DNA from: an uncultured cyanobacterium
GTDB lineage: Bacteria; Cyanobacteriota; Cyanobacteriia; Cyanobacteriales; Cyanobacteriaceae
Assembly (NCBI GenBank): GCA_963749915.1
Contig: CAVVOP010000021.1
Location: forward strand, 714,107 to 778,106
DNA: 64,000 nt
Reading direction: 5' to 3'
Of the stretch, positions 28,244-38,854 are shown piece after piece. The notes under the pieces are model-generated. The model worked only from the letters and a program-made list of their open reading frames with translations. It ran no database searches and was not told where the DNA came from. A program made the position numbers and the translations under genes. The stretch's first letter is position 1, and each line of letters opens with the position of its first letter.

Positions 28244-28980
28244 TGATCACTCTTACTTATGGGTACAAGGTCAATGCCATATTTAAAGTCTGTTAATGCA
28301 CAGGTACTACAACAAACTTTAAAAACTTTAGATAAAGCCTTTGCCGATATGAAAGCAAAGGGTTATGGCTTCCCCCGTTTTCAAAAAGTGAAAAAGGCGA
28401 GTGGATATTATGTGATGATTGCTTTTCAATCTCCAGAATCTTGCCCAGATGCCCCTGTGGGTAAAATAAGTTTGGGTATTGATGCCGGGATAGAATCATT
28501 AACAAAATAGCTAAATTACATGAAAAAATAGCTAATACTCGCCGTGATTGGCATTTTAAGTTAGCAAATTACCTTTGTAATTTGACAGATAATATCTTTG
28601 TGGAGGATATAAACTTCATGAGCTGGAGTCGTGGGATTGTGAGAAAACAATCTTTAGATTCTGGAATCGGGCAGTTTATCAATGAAATATTGCCTTATGT
28701 GTGTTGGAAAAGAAGTAAGTTTTATTTGAAGGTTAACAAAGATGGTACATCTCAAGAATGTAGTAACTGTGGTAATCATACGGGCAAAAAGCAGTTAGGT
28801 GAAAGAACACATCATTGTCAGTATTGTGGTTATATTGCACCCAGAGATGTAGTCAGTGCAGAGGTAATTAGAAATAGAGGATTAATTGCGGTAGGGCATA
28901 CCGTGAATGAAAATGCTTGTGGAGACCTACTGACGGGGTTTAGTCAAAGTAATTTGACTCAGCTAGTTAAGTGTCTGTGA
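28244..28980 (+). pseudogene. tnpB: TnpB RNA-guided nuclease with several internal deletions
   Basis: Pieces MITLTYGYK | YLKSVNAQVLQQ...GFPRF | GIDAGIES | KLHEKIANTRRDWHFK, FVEDI, TSQECSNCG, CQYCG, RDVVSAEVI. Confidence 0.9.
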
Positions 28981-29060
28981 TACAAGAATCCCCCGTCACA
29001 GCGTAAGCTTGACGGCGGGAGTGTCAAGGAGTTTACCATCGATCACGCACCAGTGAGTTT

Positions 29061-30827
29061 TCAAGAGTCCAGTAATTTGGGGATTGCATAAATTTCTTTT
29101 TTTTCTCGACAATTATCTTCTACAATTACAATCATTTTATCTTTATCTAAGGGTGTAATCGCTTTGATAATTTTGTTAATATTTGTTTCTCCTAAATAAT
29201 TACCTTGTAAATCTAATAAAGTAATACTTCCTGATTGATTGGCGCAAAGAAATCCCCATGCACTAGGTAGGTAAAAATCAGCCCTGAAATTAAGAGGGAT
29301 ACGGCGAACGACAAAAGGATCAAACTTAATTAAAACTAAATTATTGGTCCGTTTTTCCCTTGTTAAAAAGGTCTTTGGTATCCCCTGATGATGAACAAGA
29401 CTATGTAATGATAAAAAGACAGTATAGAGATCCTGCCAATCACCACGATGATTAAAAAAACGAAAAAAAGTCTGGTTTTTGTCTATTTCCCATTGAGTAT
29501 AAATAACTACTCCGTGATCTTGATCAATAGGGATGATTTGTTTAGGTGAAAAGTCTTTAATTAAAAGAGCAATAGAGGTGAGATTTTTTGGTTCAATAAT
29601 TTGGAAACATTGTTCCCCATTCAAGACTTGATTAATAGCAAACCAATGATAATTATTGGCTATTCCATAGGTTAAATATTCGCTTTGAATGTCTATTAAT
29701 GTTTGAATATCGTCATTAAAAGCATCATAGTAAAATAAAGAATATTTGTAATAATTTGATAAATCATGAGTACAAATAATACAACCTGAATTAACACTTT
29801 GTAAATCAACAATTTGACCATCTAATTCATGGCTGGTAATTATTTTTAGACTAATTCTATCATTAGTGGATTTTTGATAATTTTCAATATAAAAATTTTG
29901 TGAATTTCCCAGATAAATAAAATTATCTTTAGCGATTAAAAAATTAATATTTTGGTTTATAAATTCTCCATAAATTAAATCTAAACTAATATTTTTTGGA
30001 TGTCTTCGATGATATAAAAATTGATTTTGACTTTGCAATTCTAAAGTGGCGTCAAGGATTTCTTTTCTCATTTCTCGAGCAGTGCAAAAACGGTTTTGAG
30101 GCAATTTTTGCAGGGCTTTCCTTAAAATTGATCCTAGGGGAGAAGGTAAATCTTGAGGGAATTGAGGAGTCTGGTTAAGATGTCCTGTCATGATTTCCTT
30201 AGGGCTACCCCTAAAGGGACGATTACCGATAAGTAATTCATATAACATAATCCCTAGGGCATAAATATCAGAACCATAGGAGTATTTACCATAAAATTGT
30301 TCTGGTGCCATATAAGCAGGAGAGCCAGTGTCACCCATACTACTTAAATTAAGCTCTTTATCTTCTAAATCAATTTTAGCGACACCAAAATCAGATATTT
30401 TGGCACTCCAACCTTGGGGAGTTAAGCATAATAAGATATTTTCTGGCTTTAAATCTCGGTGAATAATACCTTGTGTGTGAGCATAATTTAACCCGTCTAA
30501 AATATCGCTAATAATTTTTAACTTTTGTTCGATGCTAAGATCAACAGGGTCTTCCAATAAATCCCTTAAAGTACCACCCTCACAATATTCTGTTACTAAA
30601 TGCCGCCGGTGAGAATTATGCTCAATGCCTTGACAACGGACTATATTAGGATGCTCTAAACGTAGAAGAATACGCATTTCCCGTAAAAACTTTTTCGTGG
30701 AGAATTTTTGGGGATTAAATTCTTTTAGTGCCACTAGTTCCCCTGTTTGACGATGGATGGCGGTATAAACTTTGCTAAACTGTCCTTCGCCCACTAAGCT
30801 CAGGGATCTATAGTGAGAATCTTTCAC
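29061..30827 (-). CDS. Ser/Thr protein kinase (Hanks type) with C-terminal beta-rich domain
   Basis: GEGQFSKV, VALK, HRDLKPEN, DFG, GSPAYMAPE. Confidence 0.95.
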   Translation of the reverse strand: MKDSHYRSLSLVGEGQFSKVYTAIHRQTGELVALKEFNPQKFSTKKFLREMRILLRLEHPNIVRCQGIEHNSHRRHLVTEYCEGGTLRDLLEDPVDLSIEQKLKIISDILDGLNYAHTQGIIHRDLKPENILLCLTPQGWSAKISDFGVAKIDLEDKELNLSSMGDTGSPAYMAPEQFYGKYSYGSDIYALGIMLYELLIGNRPFRGSPKEIMTGHLNQTPQFPQDLPSPLGSILRKALQKLPQNRFCTAREMRKEILDATLELQSQNQFLYHRRHPKNISLDLIYGEFINQNINFLIAKDNFIYLGNSQNFYIENYQKSTNDRISLKIITSHELDGQIVDLQSVNSGCIICTHDLSNYYKYSLFYYDAFNDDIQTLIDIQSEYLTYGIANNYHWFAINQVLNGEQCFQIIEPKNLTSIALLIKDFSPKQIIPIDQDHGVVIYTQWEIDKNQTFFRFFNHRGDWQDLYTVFLSLHSLVHHQGIPKTFLTREKRTNNLVLIKFDPFVVRRIPLNFRADFYLPSAWGFLCANQSGSITLLDLQGNYLGETNINKIIKAITPLDKDKMIVIVEDNCREKKEIYAIPKLLDS

Positions 30828-31074
30828 AATCTTATACCTATATCGTTAAAGATAATGTGCCGGATCATATCATTTTCAGTGGTAGTCCGTCAAGTTTGAA
30901 TTGAAACAGGGAAATTTGGAATTTAGAATTTAGAATTCAGAAGGGAAATTTTCACGAATTTATTACCTTCTGCCTCCTGCCTTACCACCGCCGACAATTA
31001 TATTTTCCAAAACCCTCGCAGTATTGGTTAATAATGGAAGTAAAAATATCCTAATTTACTCAAAATGACTGGTC

Positions 31075-32592
31075 ATGATCAATACTAATTGGCAAAAATT
31101 ACAAAATGGTTCAGATATTCGGGGAGTTGCTTTAACAGGCATAGAAGGAGAAGACGTTAACCTAACTCCTGATGTTGTCGCTTTTATCGGTAAGGCTTTT
31201 GCCCTCTGGTTGAGTCAGCAAAAAAATAAGCCTACTTCTGAATTAACCATCTCCATCGGTAGGGATAGTCGCTTATCTGGTGAAACTTTAATGAATGCCA
31301 CTATGAAAGCGATCGCTAGTTTGGGGGTAAAAGTATATGATTTTGGGATGGCATCTACTCCCGCCATGTTTATAAGTACGATCACCATAGATTATCAGTG
31401 TGACGGTGCAATTATGTTAACCGCCAGTCATCTGCCCTTTAACCGTAATGGCCTAAAATTTTTTACCGATAAAGGGGGTTTAGAAAAACAAGATATTACC
31501 GAAATTCTATCCCTTGCCGAAAAAGGGGAATTTCCCTTCGTTGAGAAAATGGGCAACATTGAAAAGCGTGATTTTATGTCGATTTATGGGAATCAGTTTG
31601 TCACCAAAATTAGAGAAGCTGTTAACCATCCCAATCATTTTGAAACCCCTTTACAAGGTTTGAAAATTATTGTTGATGCTGGAAATGGGGCAGGGGGTTT
31701 TTATGCTACAAAAGTTCTTCAACCTTTAGGTGCGGATATAGAAGGTAGTCAATTTTTAGAGCCTGATGGCACTTTTCCTAATCATATTCCCAATCCTGAA
31801 AATAAGGAAGCCATGATGTCGATTTCTCAAGCCGTCATTAATAATCAGGCCGATTTTGGTATAATATTTGACACTGACGTCGATCGTAGTGCCGCCGTTG
31901 ATAGTCAAGGAAAAGAATTAAACCGCAATAAATTAATTGCCTTAATTAGTGCCATAATTTTAAAAGAACATCCTCATAGTACTATCGTTACTGATTCTAT
32001 TACTTCCGATGGTTTGACTCAGTTTATCGAAAAAGAATTAAAAGGGAAACATTACCGTTTTAAAAGAGGTTATAAAAATGTAATTAATGAATCTTTACGG
32101 TTAAATAAAGAGGGTGTAGAATCATGGTTAGCGATGGAAACATCAGGCCATGCAGCCTTTAAAGAAAACTATTTTCTCGATGACGGTGCATATTTAGTCA
32201 CTAAATTATTGATAGAATTGGCTAAACTAAAGTTAGAAAATAAGAATTTAACGGAATTAATTAGTACCTTAAATGAACCGATAGAAAGTGAAGAATTTAG
32301 GTTAGTAATTAGTGCTAAAAATTTTAAGGATTATGGTAATAAGGTCATAGAAAAATTAACAGAATTTAGTGCTAAGCAACCAGACTGGAATATTATTCCC
32401 AATAACTATGAGGGGATAAGGGTTTCTTGTCAAGGTGAATCAGAACAAGGCTGGTTTTTATTACGTTTATCTCTTCATGATCCTGTTTTACCGTTAAATA
32501 TTGAAACAAATATTCAGGGAGGAGTCGCAAAAATAGCAGCCCGTTTATGGAAATTTTTAGCTCAATTTGAGGAATTAAAGTTAAACAATTAA
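31075..32592 (+). CDS. Phosphomannomutase/phosphoglucomutase
   Basis: GSDIRG, GRDSR, LTASHLP, FDTDVDR, ETSGH. Confidence 0.95.
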   Translation: MINTNWQKLQNGSDIRGVALTGIEGEDVNLTPDVVAFIGKAFALWLSQQKNKPTSELTISIGRDSRLSGETLMNATMKAIASLGVKVYDFGMASTPAMFISTITIDYQCDGAIMLTASHLPFNRNGLKFFTDKGGLEKQDITEILSLAEKGEFPFVEKMGNIEKRDFMSIYGNQFVTKIREAVNHPNHFETPLQGLKIIVDAGNGAGGFYATKVLQPLGADIEGSQFLEPDGTFPNHIPNPENKEAMMSISQAVINNQADFGIIFDTDVDRSAAVDSQGKELNRNKLIALISAIILKEHPHSTIVTDSITSDGLTQFIEKELKGKHYRFKRGYKNVINESLRLNKEGVESWLAMETSGHAAFKENYFLDDGAYLVTKLLIELAKLKLENKNLTELISTLNEPIESEEFRLVISAKNFKDYGNKVIEKLTEFSAKQPDWNIIPNNYEGIRVSCQGESEQGWFLLRLSLHDPVLPLNIETNIQGGVAKIAARLWKFLAQFEELKLNN

Positions 32593-32606
32593 CAATGGCT
32601 CTTCTG

Positions 32607-32885
32607 CCCACATTCAGCAGGTTATTTAAGATAAAAAATAATATTTCTGAGAAGAGGCACCAAGGCACTGCAAAATTAGTACTTGTTTATCAGTCAATTT
32701 AATCAAAGACTCCATCCTATCAACAAATACTAAATGAACTGACTGAAAACATTGAAGAATCCATCTTAAAGTAGGTCGAGCCGTAGGCTTACCTTTTTGA
32801 TTAGGAAGGGTAGAATTAGTGCGTTCTAATGCATGCCTAAGTTGGCGTTGTCCTAAACTATAGACCATGAGGGCCAAGATCATTT
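32607..32885 (-). mobile_element. IS1634 3' remnant with terminal IR
   Basis: LMVYSLGQRQLR...PNQKGK...PTLRWILQCFQ; end sequence CCCACATTCAGCAG at 32607. Confidence 0.85.
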
Positions 32886-33153
32886 TCCTCTGAGGAACTA
32901 ACTTTGACAATTATTTTTTTGGCGATCGCCTGTCTTTGTTAGCGATCGCCTGCCTACATTTTTCAAAAGGTGAATCCTTAAGTCAGCGCCATTCGTATTA
33001 GAGACGAAGGCTTAGGCTTTAAATTCATATTCAATCAAAAAACTAAATCCATTAATCAGTAAATGCACAATCATATTGATGCAGTTGGCAAGACCTTGAC
33101 AAAATATTTTCAAATTGAGAATATAAATAAAAGACAAAAACCAACTAATAAAA

Positions 33154-33453
33154 ATGCGTGTCATCAGTCGCCGAATACTACGAGAGTTTTGTCAGAGTCA
33201 TAGAGATTCTTGTACTGCCCTTGAGCAATGGTATCGGCTTGCTAGTAAAGCCCAGTGGCAGAACTTAATTGAAGTTCAACAAACCTATAAGACTGCCGAG
33301 GCGGTTGGTAACTTTACTGCATTCAATATTAGAGGGAACAACTATCGTTTGATTGCCGATGTGATTTATGCTCGTCAAACTATATATATCAAGTACATTT
33401 TGACCCATGCAGAATATGATAGAGGAGGTTGGAAAAATGACCCTTACTTTTAG
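33154..33453 (+). CDS. higB: HigB family mRNA interferase toxin
   Basis: MRVISRRILREF, FNIRGNNYRLI, ILTHAEYD. Confidence 0.93.
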   Translation: MRVISRRILREFCQSHRDSCTALEQWYRLASKAQWQNLIEVQQTYKTAEAVGNFTAFNIRGNNYRLIADVIYARQTIYIKYILTHAEYDRGGWKNDPYF

Positions 33454-33835
33454 TCCAGATAAATACGGTACATTACTAGCACAATATCAGCCTAAGCCCA
33501 TTACTACCGAAGCAGAAAACGAAAAGGCGATCGCTCTTGCTCAAGAACTCGAACATCGTGATGATTTAAGCAAAGAAGAAGAAACTTTCCTGGAATTATT
33601 ATTAGTATTAATCGAAAAATTTGAAGACGAAAAATATCCTATATCAGAAGGAAATCCACAAGAAATGTTAAAACATTTAATGACAGAAAACGAGATCAAA
33701 CAAGAAGAATTGGTGGGAATTATTGGCTCAAGAGGAGTAGTTTCTGAAGTAGTAAATGGCAAAAGAAGTATTAGTAAAAATCAAGCCAAAGCATTAGCTG
33801 AATTTTTTCATGTCGATGTTTCATTATTTATTTAA
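33437..33835 (+). CDS. higA: HigA family HTH antitoxin
   Basis: LIEKFEDEKYP, LKHLM, GSRGVVSEVVNGKRSIS; overlaps the 3' end of higB. Confidence 0.92.
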   Translation: MTLTFSPDKYGTLLAQYQPKPITTEAENEKAIALAQELEHRDDLSKEEETFLELLLVLIEKFEDEKYPISEGNPQEMLKHLMTENEIKQEELVGIIGSRGVVSEVVNGKRSISKNQAKALAEFFHVDVSLFI

Positions 33836-33930
33836 TTTATAATTAATTATCTTTTTGGCAAGTTATCGAAATTTAGATATTAAGTTTTATGGGCGATCGC
33901 TTGAATGTTTTCAGTGGTGATCGCTTTGTA

Positions 33931-34300
33931 TTACAGCGGCATAAGCACCTCCAAAACTTGTTGAGAGGATTGACCTTGAGCAAACAAGCTCTGTGCTAGA
34001 GATAATAATTGACCTAAAGCCTCGCGACTTAGAGAATAAAGCTTTTGATCTAAAGTTTGCTTTCCTTCAGCAAACCTAAATCCCTCAGATTTCTGCCCAC
34101 CACAAGTGGCTCTCTGAAGTAACGACTGCACTACACAACTCAATCGAAAGTGGCGCTTAACCGCTTCGTAGTTGAGTACCTGAGACGACTCCAGACCAGT
34201 AGCTTGCTTGCTGAACTCATGAAAGACCTCTATTGGCCAAGGATAAATCCAAGTTTGGATAACTCTCTCACTTTCCCAGTGCAGTGCATCAGAATGTTTA
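33931..34300 (-). mobile_element. Transposase C-terminal remnant (IS701-like)
   Basis: WPIEVFHEFSKQATGLESSQV...AVKRHFRLSCV; no 5' part. Confidence 0.7.
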
Positions 34301-34397
34301 TTTTTTGACTCAATCAGTTGAGTCAATTGAACGGTCAACACCCCCAAAAGCATAATTGGCATCTAGGAAATTTCCTTTGAGCATGAATGCCTTCTAA

Positions 34398-35027
34398 GAG
34401 AGCATGTTTGAAAATTCAAAATTAAGTGGACACCTGAGTCGACGAACTCCGAGTCAAACGTCTTAACATAAGATTGATCATGGAGATATAAAGCATGGTT
34501 TCGCTGGTGGTTGGTAAATATTCATAATCCTTGCTCAAACGACGATACCGCCCAAACCAACCAAAAGTTCGCTCCACTACCCAACGTTTTGGTAAAACCT
34601 CAAACCCTTTCGTATTTTGATTCCGTTTAATTGTTTCCACCACCCAATCAAACCAACGTTTAACCCAGAGTTGCAACGGTTGACCATCATAACCACCATC
34701 GACCCAAATTAGTTTCAAGTTCGGAAAGAGATGACGAATCTTGAACGAAAGAAATTTAAAGCCTCTTCTCTCTTGAATTGATGCACTGTGTACCATTACA
34801 GCCAGAAGTAAGCCCATCACATCCACTATAATGTATAGCGTTGATAATTTCTCGAACATCTATCGTTCTGGGTCTTCCTCGATGATTTGCTCTTGGGAAG
34901 AAACTGGCAATTTTCAACCATTGTTCATCAGTGATATCAGTATCGTAACTTGGGCGCATCATAGAAGAGAATTTTTATCTAATTTTGAGTTCCTTGACTC
35001 ATTCTACGATTTTTCAAACACTCTCTC
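34398..35027 (-). mobile_element. IS5 family (IS1031-like) element with internally deleted transposase
   Basis: 17-bp imperfect IRs GAGAGCATGTTTGAAAA / TTTTCAAACACTCTCTC; YDTDITDEQW..GRPR joined to VDVMGLLL..WVDGGY..RWVVERTFGW. Confidence 0.88.
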
Positions 35028-35364
35028 TCAGCCAAGAGTGTAGGTTTTCGCAAGGTTACTACCGAACTAATAACTTATAGTTATTAGAAAGTTTTTTGTG
35101 TTGTCCGGCACTACTTTTTCTCAGAGATAGGCTAAATCTCCGGCTTTCTTAAGTTTTCTCCTCAAAGTCTCCTTCGGGAACAATCCCTAGACAGAAGCAC
35201 TCAGAAGTGATTGGAGCAAAATCCGCTCCTTCTCCAAACAAACCGAAATCTAAGTTCAGTTTTTCCCTTTGTAACAATTTGCCCAGTTTTATTAAGATTT
35301 GTTGCATTTACTTGTCAAACTTGTTAAGCTGTGCATGCACAGTGTTACTAGAGGAGTAACTTTC

Positions 35365-35472
35365 ATGACAACTATGACGATCGCTTTAATTTCCGTGTTG
35401 GTTCTCGGCTGGCTTCTAGCTGCCACCATTGGGACTTGGGCTTACTTTGCCAATGAACGACCCGACTCTTGA
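35365..35472 (+). CDS. 35-aa single-TM small protein (Psb35-related-like)
   Basis: RBS GAGGAG; MTTMTIALISVLVLGWLLAATIGTWAYFANERPDS; below the ORF-track size cut-off. Confidence 0.6.
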   Translation: MTTMTIALISVLVLGWLLAATIGTWAYFANERPDS

Positions 35473-35673
35473 GGGAATGAGAAAAACCGGCCGAGAATAG
35501 TGAAGATTCTCGATGGCAGGTCTTTCCTTTACCCTAATCGGTAATTTAGTTGTGAGTTTTCTCAACACAAATGATTAACTTTCAATCCCGTAAACCGACT
35601 AGCCCAGAAGGTTTACGGTTACTATCATACAATATTTTCACTCTCTACTTTCCTTCCTCGCTCGCTGACGTCG

Positions 35674-35772
35674 CAATACTGCTCGGTTCACAGAAATTTG
35701 TCGGTTGAGGCAGCTCCTCAGGTCCTCAGCTTCTCTGGAGAAGAAACAAAAATTCTCAACCGAGCAGTGTTG
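35674..35772. repeat. MITE with 15-bp IRs CAATACTGCTCGGTT / AACCGAGCAGTGTTG
   Basis: IRs visible; the same end sequence occurs at 4581. Confidence 0.75.
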
Positions 35773-35874
35773 GGAATAGGGGTTAATCTGAAAAGCTTGT
35801 AGAATAAAGGTCTTAATGCGAATTACAAAATTCCTTGTTTAAAATTAAGCGAACGGTGAGTTAAGGGGGTAGTC

Positions 35875-36485
35875 TTGCAGCAACCAAGTTTATTAGCCAA
35901 GCTAGTGCGAGGGGCAGGGGTCGCACTAACGATACAAGTATTCAGTACCCTGGTTTTGTACGGTTCTCAGGTATTGCTCGCCCGCTGGCTGGGCACGGCT
36001 GCTTACGGCGTCTATGATTATGCCCTCGCCATGGGTATATTTTGGGCCTTTATCGCCGAATTGGGCTTACCGACGGCAGTACTGCGATTTATTTCAATCT
36101 ACAAAGCTCAGTCAGACTGGGCACACCTACGCTGACAAGGGTAGGTTTTTAACATTTGGGTGGAGACAAGACAAGGAAGGAACGAAGGACAGTAGACAAG
36201 GGAGATAATACAAACGAAAAATGGTCTTTTCAGCAATTTCTGTATTACTTGTAATAAAGTACTTCTTGAATAATTCCCCTCTTCCTTGTCCACTTTCCAC
36301 CCTTGTCCCCCTTTTCTCACCCTCACCAGAATGCTTTTGTAAAAAGCCTACACTGGTGAGTTGTGGGGGTTGCCATGGCTACGGCGTTTTCCCTGGCCCT
36401 GTGGAATGTTTGGTTGTATCTGCTGGTGGTTCAAGAGCTGGGTGTCCGCCCGTCAATTCTCGATGCATTTCGAGGGCAAATTTAG
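35875..36485 (+). pseudogene. Wzx-type polysaccharide flippase with its central part replaced by a MITE
   Basis: N-part LLARWLG..YGVY..LGLPTAVLRFI; C-part VGVAMATAFSLALWNVWLYLLVVQELGVRPSILDAFRGQI*. Confidence 0.8.
36132..36360. mobile_element. MITE with 23-bp imperfect terminal IRs
   Basis: CTGACAAGGGTAGGTTTTTAACA ... TGTAAAAAGCCTACACTGGTGAG. Confidence 0.7.
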
Positions 36486-36656
36486 CTTAAGGGAATGATC
36501 TGGCGTTCTGGTTCTGGTTCTAACGGATTTTATCGCTGAAAACTTTATCCAGTATAGATTTAAGAAAAATTTCCGGATCAGGATAAATTTATGTCTTGAC
36601 TTTTGTATTGTAATTAGCTGTTTTATTTCTAGATTATTGGTATTGTTACTTAGTGT

Positions 36657-37220
36657 TTACCATAAAAATAATTGGTTAATTGACAATTCTAAATTAGGAA
36701 AAGATTGAGGTTTAATTATCCCTTCAGAAACAATTTTTGTTATTTGATAATCGCCATTTTCAGCAGTCAAAAAAATGTGAACTTGACGACGATTAATATC
36801 AGCAACCCAATACTCTTTTATACCTTCTTGAGCATAAATTCTTTTCTTGTCATTAAGATCGTAATTTAGAGTTTGATTCGAGACTTCAATTAACCAGAAA
36901 ATATCTTCGGAGTATGGATGTCTATTCTTGTACTGATTTCCAGGCAGTTTTACTATAGCCACATCAGGTTCTGGTTCGGAATTACTTAATGTCACGGGAT
37001 GTGCTTCTATTACTAATGCCAATCCCTTCAAAACCTCACGAAGATAATCAACTCCACTTCTTGTTACATAGCTGTGTAAGGGGCTTTCTGGAGGCATCTC
37101 GATCAATTCTCCCTCTAATAGTTCTACATTTCTATTAGCTAATACCCCATTGTCAATCAGATTATGGTAATCCTCTAACGACCATTTCATTAAGGTTTTC
37201 ATAACAATTACATTCAACAT
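36657..37220 (-). CDS. Uma2 family (DUF820) protein
   Basis: VELLEGELIEMPP, SEPEPDVAI, LIEVS, YAQEGIKEYWV. Confidence 0.92.
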   Translation of the reverse strand: MLNVIVMKTLMKWSLEDYHNLIDNGVLANRNVELLEGELIEMPPESPLHSYVTRSGVDYLREVLKGLALVIEAHPVTLSNSEPEPDVAIVKLPGNQYKNRHPYSEDIFWLIEVSNQTLNYDLNDKKRIYAQEGIKEYWVADINRRQVHIFLTAENGDYQITKIVSEGIIKPQSFPNLELSINQLFLW

Positions 37221-37299
37221 TTGATTTCGATCGATATAACACCAAGATTAACATAAAATTCTTTACCGATCGCTATGTATAAAACCGTTATCACCGTTG

Positions 37300-38286
37300 T
37301 TACCCCTTCTGATTTTTAAACCAATCTGCCGTTACTTTCAATCCTTCATCCACTGTATAAGGCGGTGTCCAATTTAACATAGTCCGAATTTTACTACTAT
37401 CCACCTGTAACGATCCTAAAAGACGATCGCTCACATCTCCTTTTCCAACTAATTTTGTGCCCAATTTCAATAACTTAGGGGGAAAAGGCAAAAGTAACGG
37501 TGATTTGCCCATCACTTTACCGATACGTCGGATTAACTCAGGAGTCGATAAATCTTCTCCATCACTGACAATAAAAGTTTGATTTTTGGCATTGGGATGT
37601 TCAATACAGGTCATAATGGCATCTACCAAATTACCTATATAAACAAGGCTACGGGAATTTTGAATGGAAGCAAAAGGGAGCGGAATTTGTTTATCAACGA
37701 TTTTAAGTAATTGTAGGAAATTAGCTTTGACTCCAGCACCATAAATGAGGGTAGGGCGAATGATAACGACTTCCAAGCCTGTTTCTTGGGCTAGTTTTAA
37801 TAAACCCTGTTCTGCTTCCCATTTACTTTGTCCATAGGGATCAACAGGATTTACGGGATCTTCTTCCGTATAAGGATGAGATAAATTAGATGTTCCTTCG
37901 CCGTTAACTTTGATGGAACTAAGGTAAATAAAACGTTTAACCCCATTATTAAACGCCTGTTTGGCTAAAGATATAGCAGCGTAGGTATTAATTGTTCGAT
38001 AGGCTTCAAGAGAAGAGGACTTGCGATCGTTCATTTGATGAACTCTTGCCGCTAAGTAAACAATTACATTGGTCTTGTTTAAAGATTCAGGTGGGAAGGA
38101 TTCATTAAGAGAATTAACAAGAATAGCATTAACACCTATGGGCAATTTTTCACTGTCATTAATCTTTCTGATGGTAGCGGATACCTGGTAGTTTTCCTTT
38201 ATCAGTCGATGACATAAAAAAGATCCCACAAATCCCGTCGCACCTGTTACCAGAATTGAACTTAATTGATTGATCGGTACATTCAT
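37300..38286 (-). CDS. NAD-dependent epimerase/dehydratase (UDP-sugar 4-epimerase-like)
   Basis: VTGATGFVG, LAARVH, SSIKVNGE, YGQSK. Confidence 0.93.
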   Translation of the reverse strand: MNVPINQLSSILVTGATGFVGSFLCHRLIKENYQVSATIRKINDSEKLPIGVNAILVNSLNESFPPESLNKTNVIVYLAARVHQMNDRKSSSLEAYRTINTYAAISLAKQAFNNGVKRFIYLSSIKVNGEGTSNLSHPYTEEDPVNPVDPYGQSKWEAEQGLLKLAQETGLEVVIIRPTLIYGAGVKANFLQLLKIVDKQIPLPFASIQNSRSLVYIGNLVDAIMTCIEHPNAKNQTFIVSDGEDLSTPELIRRIGKVMGKSPLLLPFPPKLLKLGTKLVGKGDVSDRLLGSLQVDSSKIRTMLNWTPPYTVDEGLKVTADWFKNQKG

Positions 38287-38726
38287 TTTTCTTTTTTCCT
38301 CGGATCAAATGGAGCTAGTGAGCGATAAATTAGATGGCTCAAACCAGGGGGAAAAATTGCTCTCAGAATGGGTGCCATAACAGCTAGATATTGCCATTTC
38401 GGAAGGTTGAGCATTCTGCAACCATTCCAGCCAATTTGAGCCTGATAGATAGCTTGTTTGAGACGTTGTTTTTGTTGACTTTTTGAAGTAAAGCGGTAAT
38501 AAATTAAAACATCTGGCAAATTTGCAAATACTAAACCTACTTTAAGACAGCGAAACCAAAGTTCATAGTCTTCTTGACGACGACTAGCCTGATGTTGATA
38601 ATTTCCAGCGAATAAAATTTTGTCTCTTTTAAAAGTAACGGTGGGATGAATCAAAGGACAAGCCCAAATAGAGTCTGCTATTTGCTCATGAGAAAGGGGC
38701 ATTTGAGAGACAAACATCATCGGCAT
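38283..38726 (-). pseudogene. GT2 glycosyltransferase, C-terminal fragment
   Basis: HPTVTF, EDYELW, LANLPDVLIYYR-like motif; N-terminal half missing. Confidence 0.75.
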
Positions 38727-38854
38727 CCATCCGAATAATATATTTACCCCTTGCTTTTTCTGTTCTCAACCGTAGCCGTTAAGCACTTCTCGGACATTTA
38801 TTTCTCTTAATTATTCTTCCAGCTAAACTCTATGATGAAAAAATATTCATAAAT

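Larger units (their letters stand above)
27706..29027. mobile_element. IS200/IS605 element (divergent tnpA and decayed tnpB)
   Basis: tnpA/tnpB pair; right-end hairpin CCCCGTCA...TGACGGCGGG ending in TCAA at 29027; left end approximate. Confidence 0.8.
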
